Below are positions 1-9,905 of a DNA stretch of 63,856 bases, piece by piece; within the stretch, counting starts at the first letter, position 1, and the number at the start of each line of letters is the position of its first letter. Made by a program: the position numbers and the translations under genes. The stretch is from a bacterium. GTDB lineage: Bacteria; Patescibacteriota; Minisyncoccia; Phycocordibacterales; Phycocordibacteraceae. The DNA lies in NCBI GenBank assembly GCA_021824605.1, contig JAKAKH010000007.1, forward strand, positions 1 through 63,856, in the 5' to 3' direction. The notes under the pieces were generated by a model. The model saw only the letters and a list, made by a program, of their open reading frames with translations. It had not been told where the DNA came from and searched no databases.

Positions 1-1
1 G

Positions 2-802
2 CGTTCCCTGCTCACGCTCGTTGAGTTGCCGTACCGCAAGAATCCGAAAGAACAAAAAACCATCATTGAACTCGAGGCTCGGAAATACATTCCCGTGCCG
101 ATCTCTGAAGTGCAGCTCGATTGGTTTATCGTACCGGAGGAAACTCCTTCGGAGAGCGCCGCGCCGCGGGACAAGGTTTCCGTGCTGATCGTGGCCGTCC
201 ATAACGATGAATTGAAGTTTCTGCAGAGCGTTATCGCGGGAGCGCATCTTGCCGCGAGCTTTTACGAGATTGAGATCTTCAGCACCATCCGCGCGGCAAT
301 CGACGAGCCGGTAAAACCGGTCATGGTGCTCGATATCGGCGCCGCTTCGACAAAAACATATGTGGTCGAACACGGAGTCGTCGCACTGTCGCATACCATA
401 AACGCCGGGGGGCAGGACATCACGCGCGCTATCGCGGTTTCAAGCAATGTGTCTCTCGCACGCGCTGAAGCGCTGAAGAAGGAGGAAGGACTTGGGACCA
501 ATGCCGCTTCCGACTCCCCCGAACTGGTCTTTTCGCGCATTTTCTCGGAAGCGCGACGCGTCCTCATACAATATGAAACGGCGCACAAGAAATCCATCAC
601 CGCAATCGTGCTTACGGGCGGCGGTGGCGTCACGAAAGCGCTCGACGCCTATGCAAAGAGCATCTTCTCGATCGACGTACGTATCGCAGATCCTTTCGCA
701 AAGACCGAAGCACCCGCTTTCATGCGTCCAGTACTCGAGGGAATTGGACCGGAGTTCGCGGTTGCCGTTGGTCTTGCGTTACGCAAGCTCGAAGAAGTGT
801 AA
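2..802 (+). CDS. pilM: Type IV pilus assembly protein PilM (actin-like ATPase fold), 5'-truncated by the window edge
   Basis: Frame open from base 2; motifs EARKYIPVP, VLDIGAAST, GGQDIT, LTGGG, FAVAVGLALR; first gene of a pil operon. Confidence 0.9.
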   Translation, partial: RSLLTLVELPYRKNPKEQKTIIELEARKYIPVPISEVQLDWFIVPEETPSESAAPRDKVSVLIVAVHNDELKFLQSVIAGAHLAASFYEIEIFSTIRAAIDEPVKPVMVLDIGAASTKTYVVEHGVVALSHTINAGGQDITRAIAVSSNVSLARAEALKKEEGLGTNAASDSPELVFSRIFSEARRVLIQYETAHKKSITAIVLTGGGGVTKALDAYAKSIFSIDVRIADPFAKTEAPAFMRPVLEGIGPEFAVAVGLALRKLEEV

Positions 803-869
803 ACGCGGGAAAAGTTTTGCACACATCGCGCGCTCGGGGCTTGTATGAGTAGCGTATACTGAAAAGGAA

Positions 870-1526
870 ATGGCTCTTCCCCCAACGATACCGACTTCGT
901 TCGTTCCTCATGAGGCGTCCGCATCAGCTCGTCGGTTTCGCGCCGATTACTCCGGTGCTTTCGGTTTCTTCGCTTACGGGGTTCTCGTCATAGCTCTCGT
1001 GCTTGCCATCGGTGTCTTCCTCTACGGTCGCATTCTTGTCGCGACGCAGTCCGCAAAGGACGCAGAGCTTGCGAAAGCCGAAGCAGGAGTCGATCCGGCG
1101 ACCGTAGAAAATTTTATACGATTGCACAACCGCCTCGCGTCGGGAGAAACGCTCCTGGGGAATCACGTCGCGTTCTCAAAATTTTTCACGCTACTCCAGA
1201 CCGTCATGCCCACGACCGTCCGTTTTTCTTCGCTGCACCTCTGGTTCGATAGCACCGGGACGGCAAACGTCGAAGGCACCGGTGTCGCCAAGAGTTTCAA
1301 CGCTCTCGCGGCCGCCTCCGCCGATTTTGCCGCAGACGGCGGCATTAAGAACGCTATTTTCTCGAATATCGTCGTGAGCAGTAAGAATAACGCCGTATCT
1401 TTCGCGTTGGCCGCAACGCTTGATCCGAAACTTGTTGCCTTTTCGCCGGCCGCATACGCTTCCACTACCACGGTACCCGCTTCCGGACTCCCGCAAGGAA
1501 GTGCAGCGAGCACCACATTGCCATGA
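870..1526 (+). CDS. PilN-like pilus alignment-complex protein
   Basis: Single N-terminal TM after a TSFVP motif; lies between pilM and pilO-like genes. Confidence 0.65.
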   Translation: MALPPTIPTSFVPHEASASARRFRADYSGAFGFFAYGVLVIALVLAIGVFLYGRILVATQSAKDAELAKAEAGVDPATVENFIRLHNRLASGETLLGNHVAFSKFFTLLQTVMPTTVRFSSLHLWFDSTGTANVEGTGVAKSFNALAAASADFAADGGIKNAIFSNIVVSSKNNAVSFALAATLDPKLVAFSPAAYASTTTVPASGLPQGSAASTTLP

Positions 1527-2074
1527 ACAACCGTATCCTGCCGCTTCTCGCACTTTTTGTTTCCGTCGGTATCTTCTTCGGCTATGTTCATCCGACGTGG
1601 ACCGGCGGGATAGCTCTTACGCAAGCCGCCATCGCTTCTGACAACCAGGCGCTTGCTGCGGCAAGCGCCTACGCAGCGCAACAAAACACGCTTATCGCCG
1701 CGCGCAACGCGATAGATCCGACAGATCTCGCACGGCTTGCAACCTTTCTGCCCGATTCCGTCGACAATGTCGGGATTATCCTTGACCTGAATGCACTCGC
1801 TGCGCGTTCCGGGCTCTCGCTTTCCAATATCGACGTCAGGAGCGCGGCGAATTCTTCCGGTACCGCAAACGGTGCAGTGCCATCTTCTGCGAATCCGGTG
1901 GGTTCGGTCGATCTCTCGCTTTCCGCGTCAGGAACCTATACCGCATTCCAAGCGTTCCTGAGCGGAGTCGAGAGGAGTCAACGCCTTCTTGATGTCCGCG
2001 ATCTCCTCGTAAAGGGATCCGATACTGGTATTTATACCTATCAAATGACGCTCCGCCTCTATTGGCTGCGCTAA
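1523..2074 (+). CDS. pilO: Type IV pilus assembly protein PilO
   Basis: N-terminal TM, coiled coil, FLPDSVD and GTYTAFQAFLSGVERSQRLLDV PilO-like pattern; ATGA coupling to the upstream gene. Confidence 0.75.
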   Translation: MNNRILPLLALFVSVGIFFGYVHPTWTGGIALTQAAIASDNQALAAASAYAAQQNTLIAARNAIDPTDLARLATFLPDSVDNVGIILDLNALAARSGLSLSNIDVRSAANSSGTANGAVPSSANPVGSVDLSLSASGTYTAFQAFLSGVERSQRLLDVRDLLVKGSDTGIYTYQMTLRLYWLR

Positions 2075-2079
2075 TCCCT

Positions 2080-2382
2080 ATGAAACTTAATTCCAATACC
2101 ATCATCATAATCGTTGTCGCGCTCATCGCGGCCGCGGCCGCCTACTGGTATTTCTTCACTGGAACGGGGAATCAGCCACCGCTCTCAGTGAGCACGTCGA
2201 AGAGTCAGGCGCAGACGCGTTTCCAAGTTCTCGCTAATGAACTTCAACCGATCTCCTTCAATACCGGCATCTTTTCAGACCCGCGGTTCAACGCACTGGT
2301 CGATCTCACGACGCCGGTTTCTCCGGAATCCACCGGTCGCTCCGACCCATTCGCTCCGATTGCAGGCGTGAGCGGGATGTGA
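2080..2382 (+). CDS. Small membrane-anchored pilus accessory protein (PilP-position protein)
   Basis: N-terminal TM; C-terminal GRSDPFAP resembling the RDPF motif; operon position. Confidence 0.55.
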   Translation: MKLNSNTIIIIVVALIAAAAAYWYFFTGTGNQPPLSVSTSKSQAQTRFQVLANELQPISFNTGIFSDPRFNALVDLTTPVSPESTGRSDPFAPIAGVSGM

Positions 2383-2397
2383 GCGGAATAATGAGTA

Positions 2398-4170
2398 ATG
2401 AATCTTCTCGGATTGCTTCTTGATAAAGGGCTCCTTTCGTCGACCGACCGTGCGGCAGTCGAAGCCGCGCTCGCAAAAAAAATCCCTCTGGAAAGCGCGC
2501 TCGCCGAGCACGGCATCTCTTTGAAAGACGCACTCGCCGCTGCAGGAGAAACATACGGACTCCCGACGCGCATGCTCGGCGATCCGCCTGCCGCCGAAGA
2601 AGCGTTCAGCTATATTCCGATAGACTCCGCGCGCCACTACGGATTCGTACCGCTCGACCTGGTGGATGGTGCGCTCGAAGTGGGTATTATTGATCCCGAC
2701 AACATCGAAGCGCTCGACGCATTGCAGTTCATCTCGGGACAGACCGGCGTTCCCTACAAGATTTTTCTCATCACCAAACAGGATTTTGACCGCGTATTGG
2801 ATGCATACAAAAACCTTTCGGGCGAGATCGGTAGCGCGCTTTCCGAATATGAGACGACCACGAAGCCTCCGCCCGCCGCTCCCGCCGCCTCGTCCGGGGC
2901 GGAGTCTGTCCTCGACGACAAGCCATTGGTCCTCACGGGTGCTCATGAGGTTTTGAAAGAGGATGCACCGGTGACGAAAATCGTCTCGACGATATTGCGC
3001 TATGCCATTGAGGGACATGCATCCGACATTCACATCGAACCGTCGCCGGGCAAGACGCGCGTTCGTTTCCGTACGGACGGCGATTTGCACACGTCTTTGG
3101 AGCTTCCGGCGAAAATGCACGAAGCCGTCGTCGCGCGCGTGAAGATACTCGCGAAGCTGCGTCTCGACGAGAAAAGAAAGCCGCAGGACGGACGCTTCTC
3201 GGCGGTTGTCGAGAAACGCCGTATTGATTTCCGCGTCTCCACCTTTCCGACGGAATTCGGCGAAAAGGTCGTGATGCGTATTCTTGATCAGTCGGCTACC
3301 ACTGCATCCCTGGAGTCGATCGGGCTTACCGAGGAACAGCTTGCCGCGGTTCGGGGCATGATGAAAGTTCCATACGGCATCATCCTTATCGCCGGACCGA
3401 CCGGTTCTGGGAAATCAACGACGCTTTTCGCGATGCTCTCCGAACTTGATCGCGAGACCGCAAACGTCGTCTCGCTCGAAGACCCTGTCGAATATGAGAT
3501 TCCCGGCGTTGCGCAGAGCCAAGTGCGTCCTGAAATAGGCTATACGTTCGCGAGCGGACTCCGTTCGGTATTGCGCCAGGACCCGGACGTCATCATGGTC
3601 GGGGAAATCCGCGATAAAGAGACCGCAGCGCTCGCCGTGCAAGCGGCGCTTACCGGCCATCTCGTTTTCTCCACCATCCATACCAATACCGCCGCCGGCG
3701 CGATACCGAGGCTCATCGACATGGGCGTCGATCCCTTCCTTGTCGCGCCGACGTTGGTCGCGGTCATCGGTCAGCGTCTTGTGCAAAAACTCTGTACCGG
3801 CGCGGGCAAGCCCTTCGCGATTACGGACAGCGTTAAAGAGTTTCTGGATCGGCAATTTGCGGATCTACCACAGGAGTACCGCAAAAAATTGCCTCCCTTT
3901 AAGGAGTTTTATCACGCCAGCCCGACGTCGGAGTGTCCGAACGGTACGCGCGGGCGCATGGCCGTCTTCGAAATATTGCGTATGGACAAGAAGATCGAAC
4001 AGGTCGTACTCAAAGCGCCGGTCGAGGAAAATATCTACGCCGCCGCGCGCCTGGGCGGCATGCTCACGATGCGTGAAGACGCCATCGTGAAAGCGCTCGC
4101 GGGCCAAATTCCTTTTGAGGAGGTGAATACACTCGGCGGAGAACTCTTCTCAGCAGGGGATAGTGCCTGA
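2398..4170 (+). CDS. pilB: Type IV pilus extension ATPase PilB/GspE
   Basis: ASDIHIEP, PQDGRF, Walker A GPTGSGKSTT, LEDPVEY, LRQDPDVIMVGEIRD, TGHLVFSTIHTN. Confidence 0.95.
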   Translation: MNLLGLLLDKGLLSSTDRAAVEAALAKKIPLESALAEHGISLKDALAAAGETYGLPTRMLGDPPAAEEAFSYIPIDSARHYGFVPLDLVDGALEVGIIDPDNIEALDALQFISGQTGVPYKIFLITKQDFDRVLDAYKNLSGEIGSALSEYETTTKPPPAAPAASSGAESVLDDKPLVLTGAHEVLKEDAPVTKIVSTILRYAIEGHASDIHIEPSPGKTRVRFRTDGDLHTSLELPAKMHEAVVARVKILAKLRLDEKRKPQDGRFSAVVEKRRIDFRVSTFPTEFGEKVVMRILDQSATTASLESIGLTEEQLAAVRGMMKVPYGIILIAGPTGSGKSTTLFAMLSELDRETANVVSLEDPVEYEIPGVAQSQVRPEIGYTFASGLRSVLRQDPDVIMVGEIRDKETAALAVQAALTGHLVFSTIHTNTAAGAIPRLIDMGVDPFLVAPTLVAVIGQRLVQKLCTGAGKPFAITDSVKEFLDRQFADLPQEYRKKLPPFKEFYHASPTSECPNGTRGRMAVFEILRMDKKIEQVVLKAPVEENIYAAARLGGMLTMREDAIVKALAGQIPFEEVNTLGGELFSAGDSA

Positions 4171-4196
4171 TACGCATGCGGTATACTAATTAGCAT

Positions 4197-4604
4197 ATGG
4201 CATACCGCGTGTATCTCGTTGACGATGACAGATTCTTGCTTGATCTCTATGCCGTTAAGTTCAAGAATGCCGGTCACGAAGTGAGTGCGTTTGGCGGCGG
4301 CGAAGATCTCCTCGCCGCGCTGCGCAAAGAAGGTGCGGTCGTACCCGACGCAATCCTGCTCGACATCATCATGCCTGGCATGAACGGTTTTGAAACGCTC
4401 GAAACGATACGAAAGGAAGGTCTCGCAAAGGGCGCGAAGATCATCATCCTCTCGAATCAAGGCCAAGATTCCGACTTCGAGAAATCAAAAGAACTCGTCG
4501 CCGACGGCTATATCATAAAAGCATCCGCTATTCCTTCCGAAGTGCTTACCGAAACCATGCGCATCATTGAAGCGGGGGCAGCCCGCGCGGAAGAGTCTCA
4601 CTGA
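4197..4604 (+). CDS. Single-domain CheY-like response regulator
   Basis: LVDDD, ILLDIIMPGMNG (phospho-Asp), ILSN, YIIK. Confidence 0.9.
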   Translation: MAYRVYLVDDDRFLLDLYAVKFKNAGHEVSAFGGGEDLLAALRKEGAVVPDAILLDIIMPGMNGFETLETIRKEGLAKGAKIIILSNQGQDSDFEKSKELVADGYIIKASAIPSEVLTETMRIIEAGAARAEESH

Positions 4605-4608
4605 TCAT

Positions 4609-5670
4609 ATGGCTGCCGAAAAACGTCTCGAAGAGCTTCTCAATATCGTTGTTACCGAAGGCGGTTCCGACTTGCATCTTTTTGCCGGCGGATCGCCGGT
4701 GATCCGTGTTTCCAGTACATTGATCCCGCTTACCAAGTATCCCGCGTTTACCGCCGAGGAGACTGAAGCGATGCTCAAGAGCATCGTGCCTCCGGAGCGG
4801 TGGGATTCATTCGGGAAGAATCAGACCATCGACCTCTCCTATGCGCACCGAGCAGACATGCGTTTCCGCGTGAACGGCTACCGCGTGCAGGGCGGGACCG
4901 CCTTGGCGTTTCGGCTCATACCGCATGCTGTCCGCACGTTTACCGAACTCAATCTTCCGTCCGTGCTCGAAGTCTTTACACAACGCGAGCAAGGGTTCTT
5001 TCTTGTCGTGGGGCCGGTAGGGCAGGGTAAATCAACAACGCTCGCCGCGATGATAAACCGCATCAATGATTCGCGCGCAGAGCACATCCTCACCATCGAG
5101 GATCCGGTGGAATACCTTTTTACGCCGAAGAAGTCCCTCATCCATCAGCGTGAAGTCCATATCGATGCGCCGGATTTCGGCACGGCGCTCCAGAGCGCCT
5201 TCCGCGAGGACGTCGACGTCATCATGGTCGGCGAGATGCGCGATTACGAGACCATCTCTTCGGCAGTGACCGCCGCCGAGACCGGCCACCTGGTCTTTTC
5301 CACCCTCCACACCAACAACGCCGCACAGACCATCGATCGCATTATCGACATGTTCCCGTCCGAACAGCAGGGGCAGGTTCGCGTGCAGCTGGCCGGTTCT
5401 CTCGCGGGTATTTTCTCCCAGCGGCTCATTCCGCGGGTTTCCGGCGGACTCATTCCGGCATATGAACTCTTGATCAATAACAATGCGGTGGCGAACCTCA
5501 TCCGGGAAGCGCAGACCCATGAGATAAGCGCGATCATCCAAACTTCTTCTCAGGAAGGCATGATCGACCTTGATCGAATGCTTGCGGATCTCGTGCACCG
5601 GGGCGAAGTGACGGTCGGGCATGTCTATCAGCACGCAATGGATCCGAAAACCTTTGAGCGTTACCTTTAA
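4609..5670 (+). CDS. pilT: Type IV pilus retraction ATPase PilT
   Basis: GSDLHL, Walker A GPVGQGKSTT, TIEDPVEY, MVGEMRD, AAETGHLVFSTLHTN. Confidence 0.95.
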   Translation: MAAEKRLEELLNIVVTEGGSDLHLFAGGSPVIRVSSTLIPLTKYPAFTAEETEAMLKSIVPPERWDSFGKNQTIDLSYAHRADMRFRVNGYRVQGGTALAFRLIPHAVRTFTELNLPSVLEVFTQREQGFFLVVGPVGQGKSTTLAAMINRINDSRAEHILTIEDPVEYLFTPKKSLIHQREVHIDAPDFGTALQSAFREDVDVIMVGEMRDYETISSAVTAAETGHLVFSTLHTNNAAQTIDRIIDMFPSEQQGQVRVQLAGSLAGIFSQRLIPRVSGGLIPAYELLINNNAVANLIREAQTHEISAIIQTSSQEGMIDLDRMLADLVHRGEVTVGHVYQHAMDPKTFERYL

Positions 5671-5682
5671 TTAATAAAAGCC

Positions 5683-6888
5683 ATGCTCTTCACCTACCGA
5701 GCGATCGACCAGGACGGGCACGAACGAGAGGGAACCATCGAGGCTCCTTCCCAGGAGGTCGCAGTCTCCTCGCTCCAGCGGCGCAATCTCATCATATCGG
5801 TCATCGAATCTTCCGAAAAACATTCATTGCTCGAGCTTGAAATCCCGATGTTCAACCGGATTTCAAACAAAGAAATCGTCATACTTTCGCGTCAGATATC
5901 AACACTCTTTGAGGCGCAGGTCTCTGCGCTGCGCGTCTTCCGTCTTCTCGCCTCTGAAGTCGATAACAAAAAACTCGCGACCGTTCTTTCTACAATCGGT
6001 GATGATATTCAGGGCGGGAGCCCGATCAGTAAAGCGCTCGCGCGCCACCCGAAAGTCTTCGCGCCGTTCTACGTAAACATGGTCCGTGCAGGAGAGGAGT
6101 CAGGAAAATTATCGGAAACGTTCATCTACCTCGCCGACTATCTTGACCGCTCCTACGACGTCATGAGCAAGGCTCAGAATGCGCTCATCTATCCCGCCTT
6201 CGTCATCGCGGTCTTCTTCGGCGTTATGGCGCTCATGCTCACGCTCGTCATTCCAAAAATAAGCGCTGTTCTCATCGATTCCGGGCAACCCGTGCCGCTC
6301 TATACCCGTATAGTCATCGGCTTCTCGAATTTCCTTGTCAACTACGGTATCTTTCTGCTCATCGCGCTCATCGCGCTCGGTTTCTATGTGTGGCAGCTTG
6401 GAAAGACCGAACGCGGCAAGCTCATTCTCGACGGCCTAAAGATCTCGGTACCCTATGTCGGCGATCTCTACAAAAAACTCTACCTCGCGCGCATCGCGGA
6501 TAATTTCTCGACCATGCTCATTTCCGGAGTCTCGGTCGTCGAGGCGCTCGATATCTCGGCATCGGTCGTAGGCAATTCCGTCTATGCAAAGGTACTTTCC
6601 GAAGTGACCGCGGATGTGAAAGGGGGTTCCTCAATATCCGATGCTTTCGGCAAGCATCCGGAAATGCCGGGCATCATGGTCGCAATGACGAAAGTCGGCG
6701 AAGAAACCGGCGAGCTCGGGAAAATCCTCATTACGCTCGCCAAATTCTACAACCGCGAAGTGAATAATGCGGTCGATACGCTCGTCGGTCTCATCGAGCC
6801 GATCATGATCGTTCTCTTGGGCGTGGGCGTGGGTACGCTCCTGGCCGCGGTATTGCTCCCGATTTATAATCTTGCCGGAGCCATATAG
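5683..6888 (+). CDS. pilC: Type IV pilus inner-membrane platform PilC (T2SSF family)
   Basis: Two T2SSF repeats (AGEESGKL...ALIYP; VGEETGEL...LIEP). Confidence 0.95.
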   Translation: MLFTYRAIDQDGHEREGTIEAPSQEVAVSSLQRRNLIISVIESSEKHSLLELEIPMFNRISNKEIVILSRQISTLFEAQVSALRVFRLLASEVDNKKLATVLSTIGDDIQGGSPISKALARHPKVFAPFYVNMVRAGEESGKLSETFIYLADYLDRSYDVMSKAQNALIYPAFVIAVFFGVMALMLTLVIPKISAVLIDSGQPVPLYTRIVIGFSNFLVNYGIFLLIALIALGFYVWQLGKTERGKLILDGLKISVPYVGDLYKKLYLARIADNFSTMLISGVSVVEALDISASVVGNSVYAKVLSEVTADVKGGSSISDAFGKHPEMPGIMVAMTKVGEETGELGKILITLAKFYNREVNNAVDTLVGLIEPIMIVLLGVGVGTLLAAVLLPIYNLAGAI

Positions 6889-6996
6889 GGTCTCAGTCCC
6901 GTGCAAAGAAACGATATCTGAGAACTATCCACACCCCTGCTCCCCAGCAGACCCCTCTAGGCGTACAATGGTTCTATTAGCCACATACAACATATT

Positions 6997-7452
6997 ATGT
7001 ACAAAAATCGTTCCCAAGGTTTCACCCTCATCGAACTTCTCGTCGTGATCGCCATCATTGGCATCCTCTCGGCGGTCGTGCTCGCTTCGCTCAACACTGC
7101 TCGCCAGAAAGGCAACGACGCCGCTATCCAATCCGACCTCTCGACCATCCAGACTCAGGCCGAGATCTACTACGGCGGTACGGGTGCGAATAGCTATGGC
7201 ACCGTAGCTGGCACCACCTGCAGCACGGCAAGCACGCTCTTTGCCGATGCGACGATCATAAAAGCGATCAATGGCGCCACGAACGCCGCCGGCGGAGCCG
7301 CGAATATCGTTTGCGGTAACTCAACTTCGGCCTATGCCGTGGAAGCAAAACTCACTGCTCCGGCGACAACAACATACTGGTGCGTCGACTCGACCGGTAC
7401 CGCGAAACAGGAGACCACAGTGTCTGCCGCCGGCTTCACGGTCTGTCCGTAA
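6997..7452 (+). CDS. Type IV major pilin, copy 1
   Basis: G|FTLIELLVVIAIIGILSAVVL prepilin motif; 4 Cys; TACAAT -10 at 6964-6969. Confidence 0.92.
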   Translation: MYKNRSQGFTLIELLVVIAIIGILSAVVLASLNTARQKGNDAAIQSDLSTIQTQAEIYYGGTGANSYGTVAGTTCSTASTLFADATIIKAINGATNAAGGAANIVCGNSTSAYAVEAKLTAPATTTYWCVDSTGTAKQETTVSAAGFTVCP

Positions 7453-7899
7453 TTTTCCGTCATTCGCCCCAATCAAATTATGAAAGTACAAAGGCAACGC
7501 GGTTTCACCCTCATCGAACTTCTCGTCGTGATCGCCATCATTGGCATCCTCTCGGCGGTCGTGCTCGCTTCGCTCAACACTGCTCGCCAGAAAGGCAACG
7601 ACGCCGCTATCCAATCCGACCTCTCGACCATCCAGACTCAGGCCGAGATCTACTACGGCGGTACGGGTGCGAATAGCTATGGCACCGCGCAATCGGCTTC
7701 CTGCGCTGCGACAGCAGGCACGCTCTGGTCGGATCCGACGATCGTCAAGGCCGTTACGGGCGCCCAGAACGCTTCGGGTGCAGCCGCAAACGTTGTGTGT
7801 AACAGCACGGCGACCGCCTATGCGATATCGGCTCAGCTCACGGCAGTAAGCGGTACGTACTGGTGCGTCGACTCGACCGGTACCGCGAAACAGGAGACC
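7018..7899 (+). repeat. Direct repeats between the tandem pilins: 7018-7204 = 7501-7687 (187 bp) and 7375-7416 = 7858-7899 (42 bp)
   Basis: Base-by-base identity read directly, constant offset 483. Confidence 0.9.
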
Positions 7900-7932
7900 G
7901 CCGCACTCGGTACTCTCACAGCCTGTCAGTAA
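7480..7932 (+). CDS. Type IV major pilin, copy 2
   Basis: Same prepilin motif; paralog of 6997-7452. Confidence 0.92.
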   Translation: MKVQRQRGFTLIELLVVIAIIGILSAVVLASLNTARQKGNDAAIQSDLSTIQTQAEIYYGGTGANSYGTAQSASCAATAGTLWSDPTIVKAVTGAQNASGAAANVVCNSTATAYAISAQLTAVSGTYWCVDSTGTAKQETAALGTLTACQ

Positions 7933-7952
7933 ATTATTTTCGGTGCGCGCGT

Positions 7953-7983
7953 CAGAAGCCCGCGGCTGTGCCGCGGGCTTCTG
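7953..7983. terminator. Stem-loop after the pilin pair
   Basis: cagaagcccgcggc-tgt-gccgcgggcttctg; no clear U-tract. Confidence 0.55.
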
Positions 7984-7996
7984 CTATGATGCGTAC

Positions 7997-8758
7997 ATGC
8001 TTTTTCTCGTCACGATCCTATTTTTCGTGCTCGGGACTATCGTGGCAAGTTTCGTCGGCGTGTTTGTCGCGCGTCTCAATACCGGTCAGAGTTTTCTCAT
8101 CGGCCGTTCCCGCTGCGATGCTTGCGGCGCGCCGCTTTCGGCATTCTCGCTTTTCCCGATTATCTCGTATGTCGCGCTTGGCGCTCGTGCGCGTTGCTGT
8201 GGCGCGCGCCTCTCATTCTTCGCGCCTCTCATGGAATTTATCTTAGGAGGACTTTTTGCGCTTGCGTATCTCAAAATCGGTTTTATCACCGCACTGCCGC
8301 TCATGCTTTTCTCTCTTTCGACGCTCCTCGCGCTTGTCCTCTACGACCTTGCCCACCAGATACTCCCGCCCGCGCTCCTCGGAGCGTTCGTTCTCGCGAG
8401 CGCTTGCACGGGATTTTTCCTGGCGGATGACACAAGCGCATTCGGCGTTTCGCTCATGGTCGCCGGCACTTTCGCGCTTTTTTTGGCGCTCATCAACCTT
8501 CTCTCGCGCGGACGGGCGATGGGACTCGCCGACGCGCCATTTGTATTCGGTCTCGCACTCCTTACGGGCCCCGCCGCATTCGCCGGTTTCATCTCATCGT
8601 TTTGGATCGGTGCGGTTATAGGGATAGTCATGTTGGCACGGAGACCGCGAGGTTCTAGAATGGGAGTTGAGGTACCGTTTGCACCCTTTCTCGCCGCCGG
8701 TTTCCTCCTCATGTACTTTACTCAATGGAATCCTCTCATCATCGCGGCTTTACGCTGA
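7997..8758 (+). CDS. pilD: Prepilin peptidase PilD (A24)
   Basis: RSRCDAC...RARCCG Cys domain, LYD and MGLAD aspartates, VPFAPFL. Confidence 0.92.
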   Translation: MLFLVTILFFVLGTIVASFVGVFVARLNTGQSFLIGRSRCDACGAPLSAFSLFPIISYVALGARARCCGARLSFFAPLMEFILGGLFALAYLKIGFITALPLMLFSLSTLLALVLYDLAHQILPPALLGAFVLASACTGFFLADDTSAFGVSLMVAGTFALFLALINLLSRGRAMGLADAPFVFGLALLTGPAAFAGFISSFWIGAVIGIVMLARRPRGSRMGVEVPFAPFLAAGFLLMYFTQWNPLIIAALR

Positions 8759-9390
8759 TCGAACTTCTGGTCGTGTTGGCGATCATGGTCATCATCACCG
8801 CAGTCGTACTGACCAGCCAAAGCTCTTTCAATAAGACGCTCATCCTTGCGAATACCGCATACGATGTGGCGCTCACGTTGCGCAGCGCCGAGACCTATGG
8901 CCTGGGCAATCGCGTGGCCGGGACCGTAGAAAACGCGGGATACGGTCTCGATTTCCAAAGAGCGGCGCCAGGTTCCTTCACTCTTTTTGCCGATACGTAC
9001 CCGCCGCCTTCATCAACAAGCTGCCACCCGACCTCTGACCCGACGGCCCCGAACGCCCGACCGGGCGACTGCGTATATGAAGCGAGCCAGGGCGAGAAAG
9101 TTACTGGTTATACGCTCGGAAATGGTATTACGGTGAGTGATTTCTGCGCCTACACGCCGAACACGCTGTCGTGGTCGTGCGCGAATTCCGGAAATCAAGC
9201 GCTCTCGACGCTCGATATTATTTTCTCGCGTCCGAATCCCGATCCGTTCATGAGCGTAAACGGCGCTTATTCCGCCTCGTCTCCCGTAACGCAAGCATGT
9301 CTCACCCTCTCCTCTCCGCAGGGCGGCTCGCGTTTCATTTCAGTCGGCGCGTCGGGAGAAATAAACGCGACCGCCCTCTCATGTCCATGA
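8725..9390 (+). CDS. Minor pilin (FimT/GspH-like)
   Basis: RG|FTLIELLVVL N-methylation motif. Confidence 0.85.
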   Translation: MESSHHRGFTLIELLVVLAIMVIITAVVLTSQSSFNKTLILANTAYDVALTLRSAETYGLGNRVAGTVENAGYGLDFQRAAPGSFTLFADTYPPPSSTSCHPTSDPTAPNARPGDCVYEASQGEKVTGYTLGNGITVSDFCAYTPNTLSWSCANSGNQALSTLDIIFSRPNPDPFMSVNGAYSASSPVTQACLTLSSPQGGSRFISVGASGEINATALSCP

Positions 9391-9905
9391 CCCGCTCCAG
9401 AGGCTACACACTCATCGAACTCATTGTCGCTATGGGGCTCTTTTCGCTTGTCATGCTGCTGGCTTCGGGCGCCTACCTCATTCTGATCGGTGCCAACCGG
9501 CAGGCGCAGGCCATTTCTACCGGTATCGACAATCTTTCTTTCGCTCTTGAGAGTATGACGCGTAGCATCCGTACCGGCACGAACTATAACTGCGGCGGCC
9601 TAGGCGATTGCCCCAGTGGCGCCAGCAGTTTTTCTCTCGTGGACGATAACGGCGTGTCGGTCACATACAGCCTTGTCGGATCCGCAATCCAAAAAATGAC
9701 GGGCAATACGGCAAGCACATTGACTGACCCTTCGGTGACTATTTCGTCGCTTACGTTCTATGCGTTTGGTACGCATCCGGTGCCGACCGATTACCAGCAG
9801 GCGCGCGTTACCATCATCGTCTCCGGCACTGTCTCTTCCGGCCCGGGGAAAACAGAACCGTTTACGATTGAGACTGGCGCGACAATGCGTGGCTCCGACA
9901 TATGA
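9387..9905 (+). CDS. Minor pilin (PilW/GspJ-like)
   Basis: RG|YTLIELIVAM motif; ATGA coupling. Confidence 0.85.
   Translation: MTRSRGYTLIELIVAMGLFSLVMLLASGAYLILIGANRQAQAISTGIDNLSFALESMTRSIRTGTNYNCGGLGDCPSGASSFSLVDDNGVSVTYSLVGSAIQKMTGNTASTLTDPSVTISSLTFYAFGTHPVPTDYQQARVTIIVSGTVSSGPGKTEPFTIETGATMRGSDI

Noticed and set aside
6925..6933. DnaA box or replication origin (ctatccaca)
   Set aside because: Single mismatched box with no cluster or AT-rich unwinding element
6997..7932. Diversity-generating retroelement TR/VR pair in the pilins
   Set aside because: Repeats are identical rather than adenine-mutated, and there is no reverse transcriptase in the window
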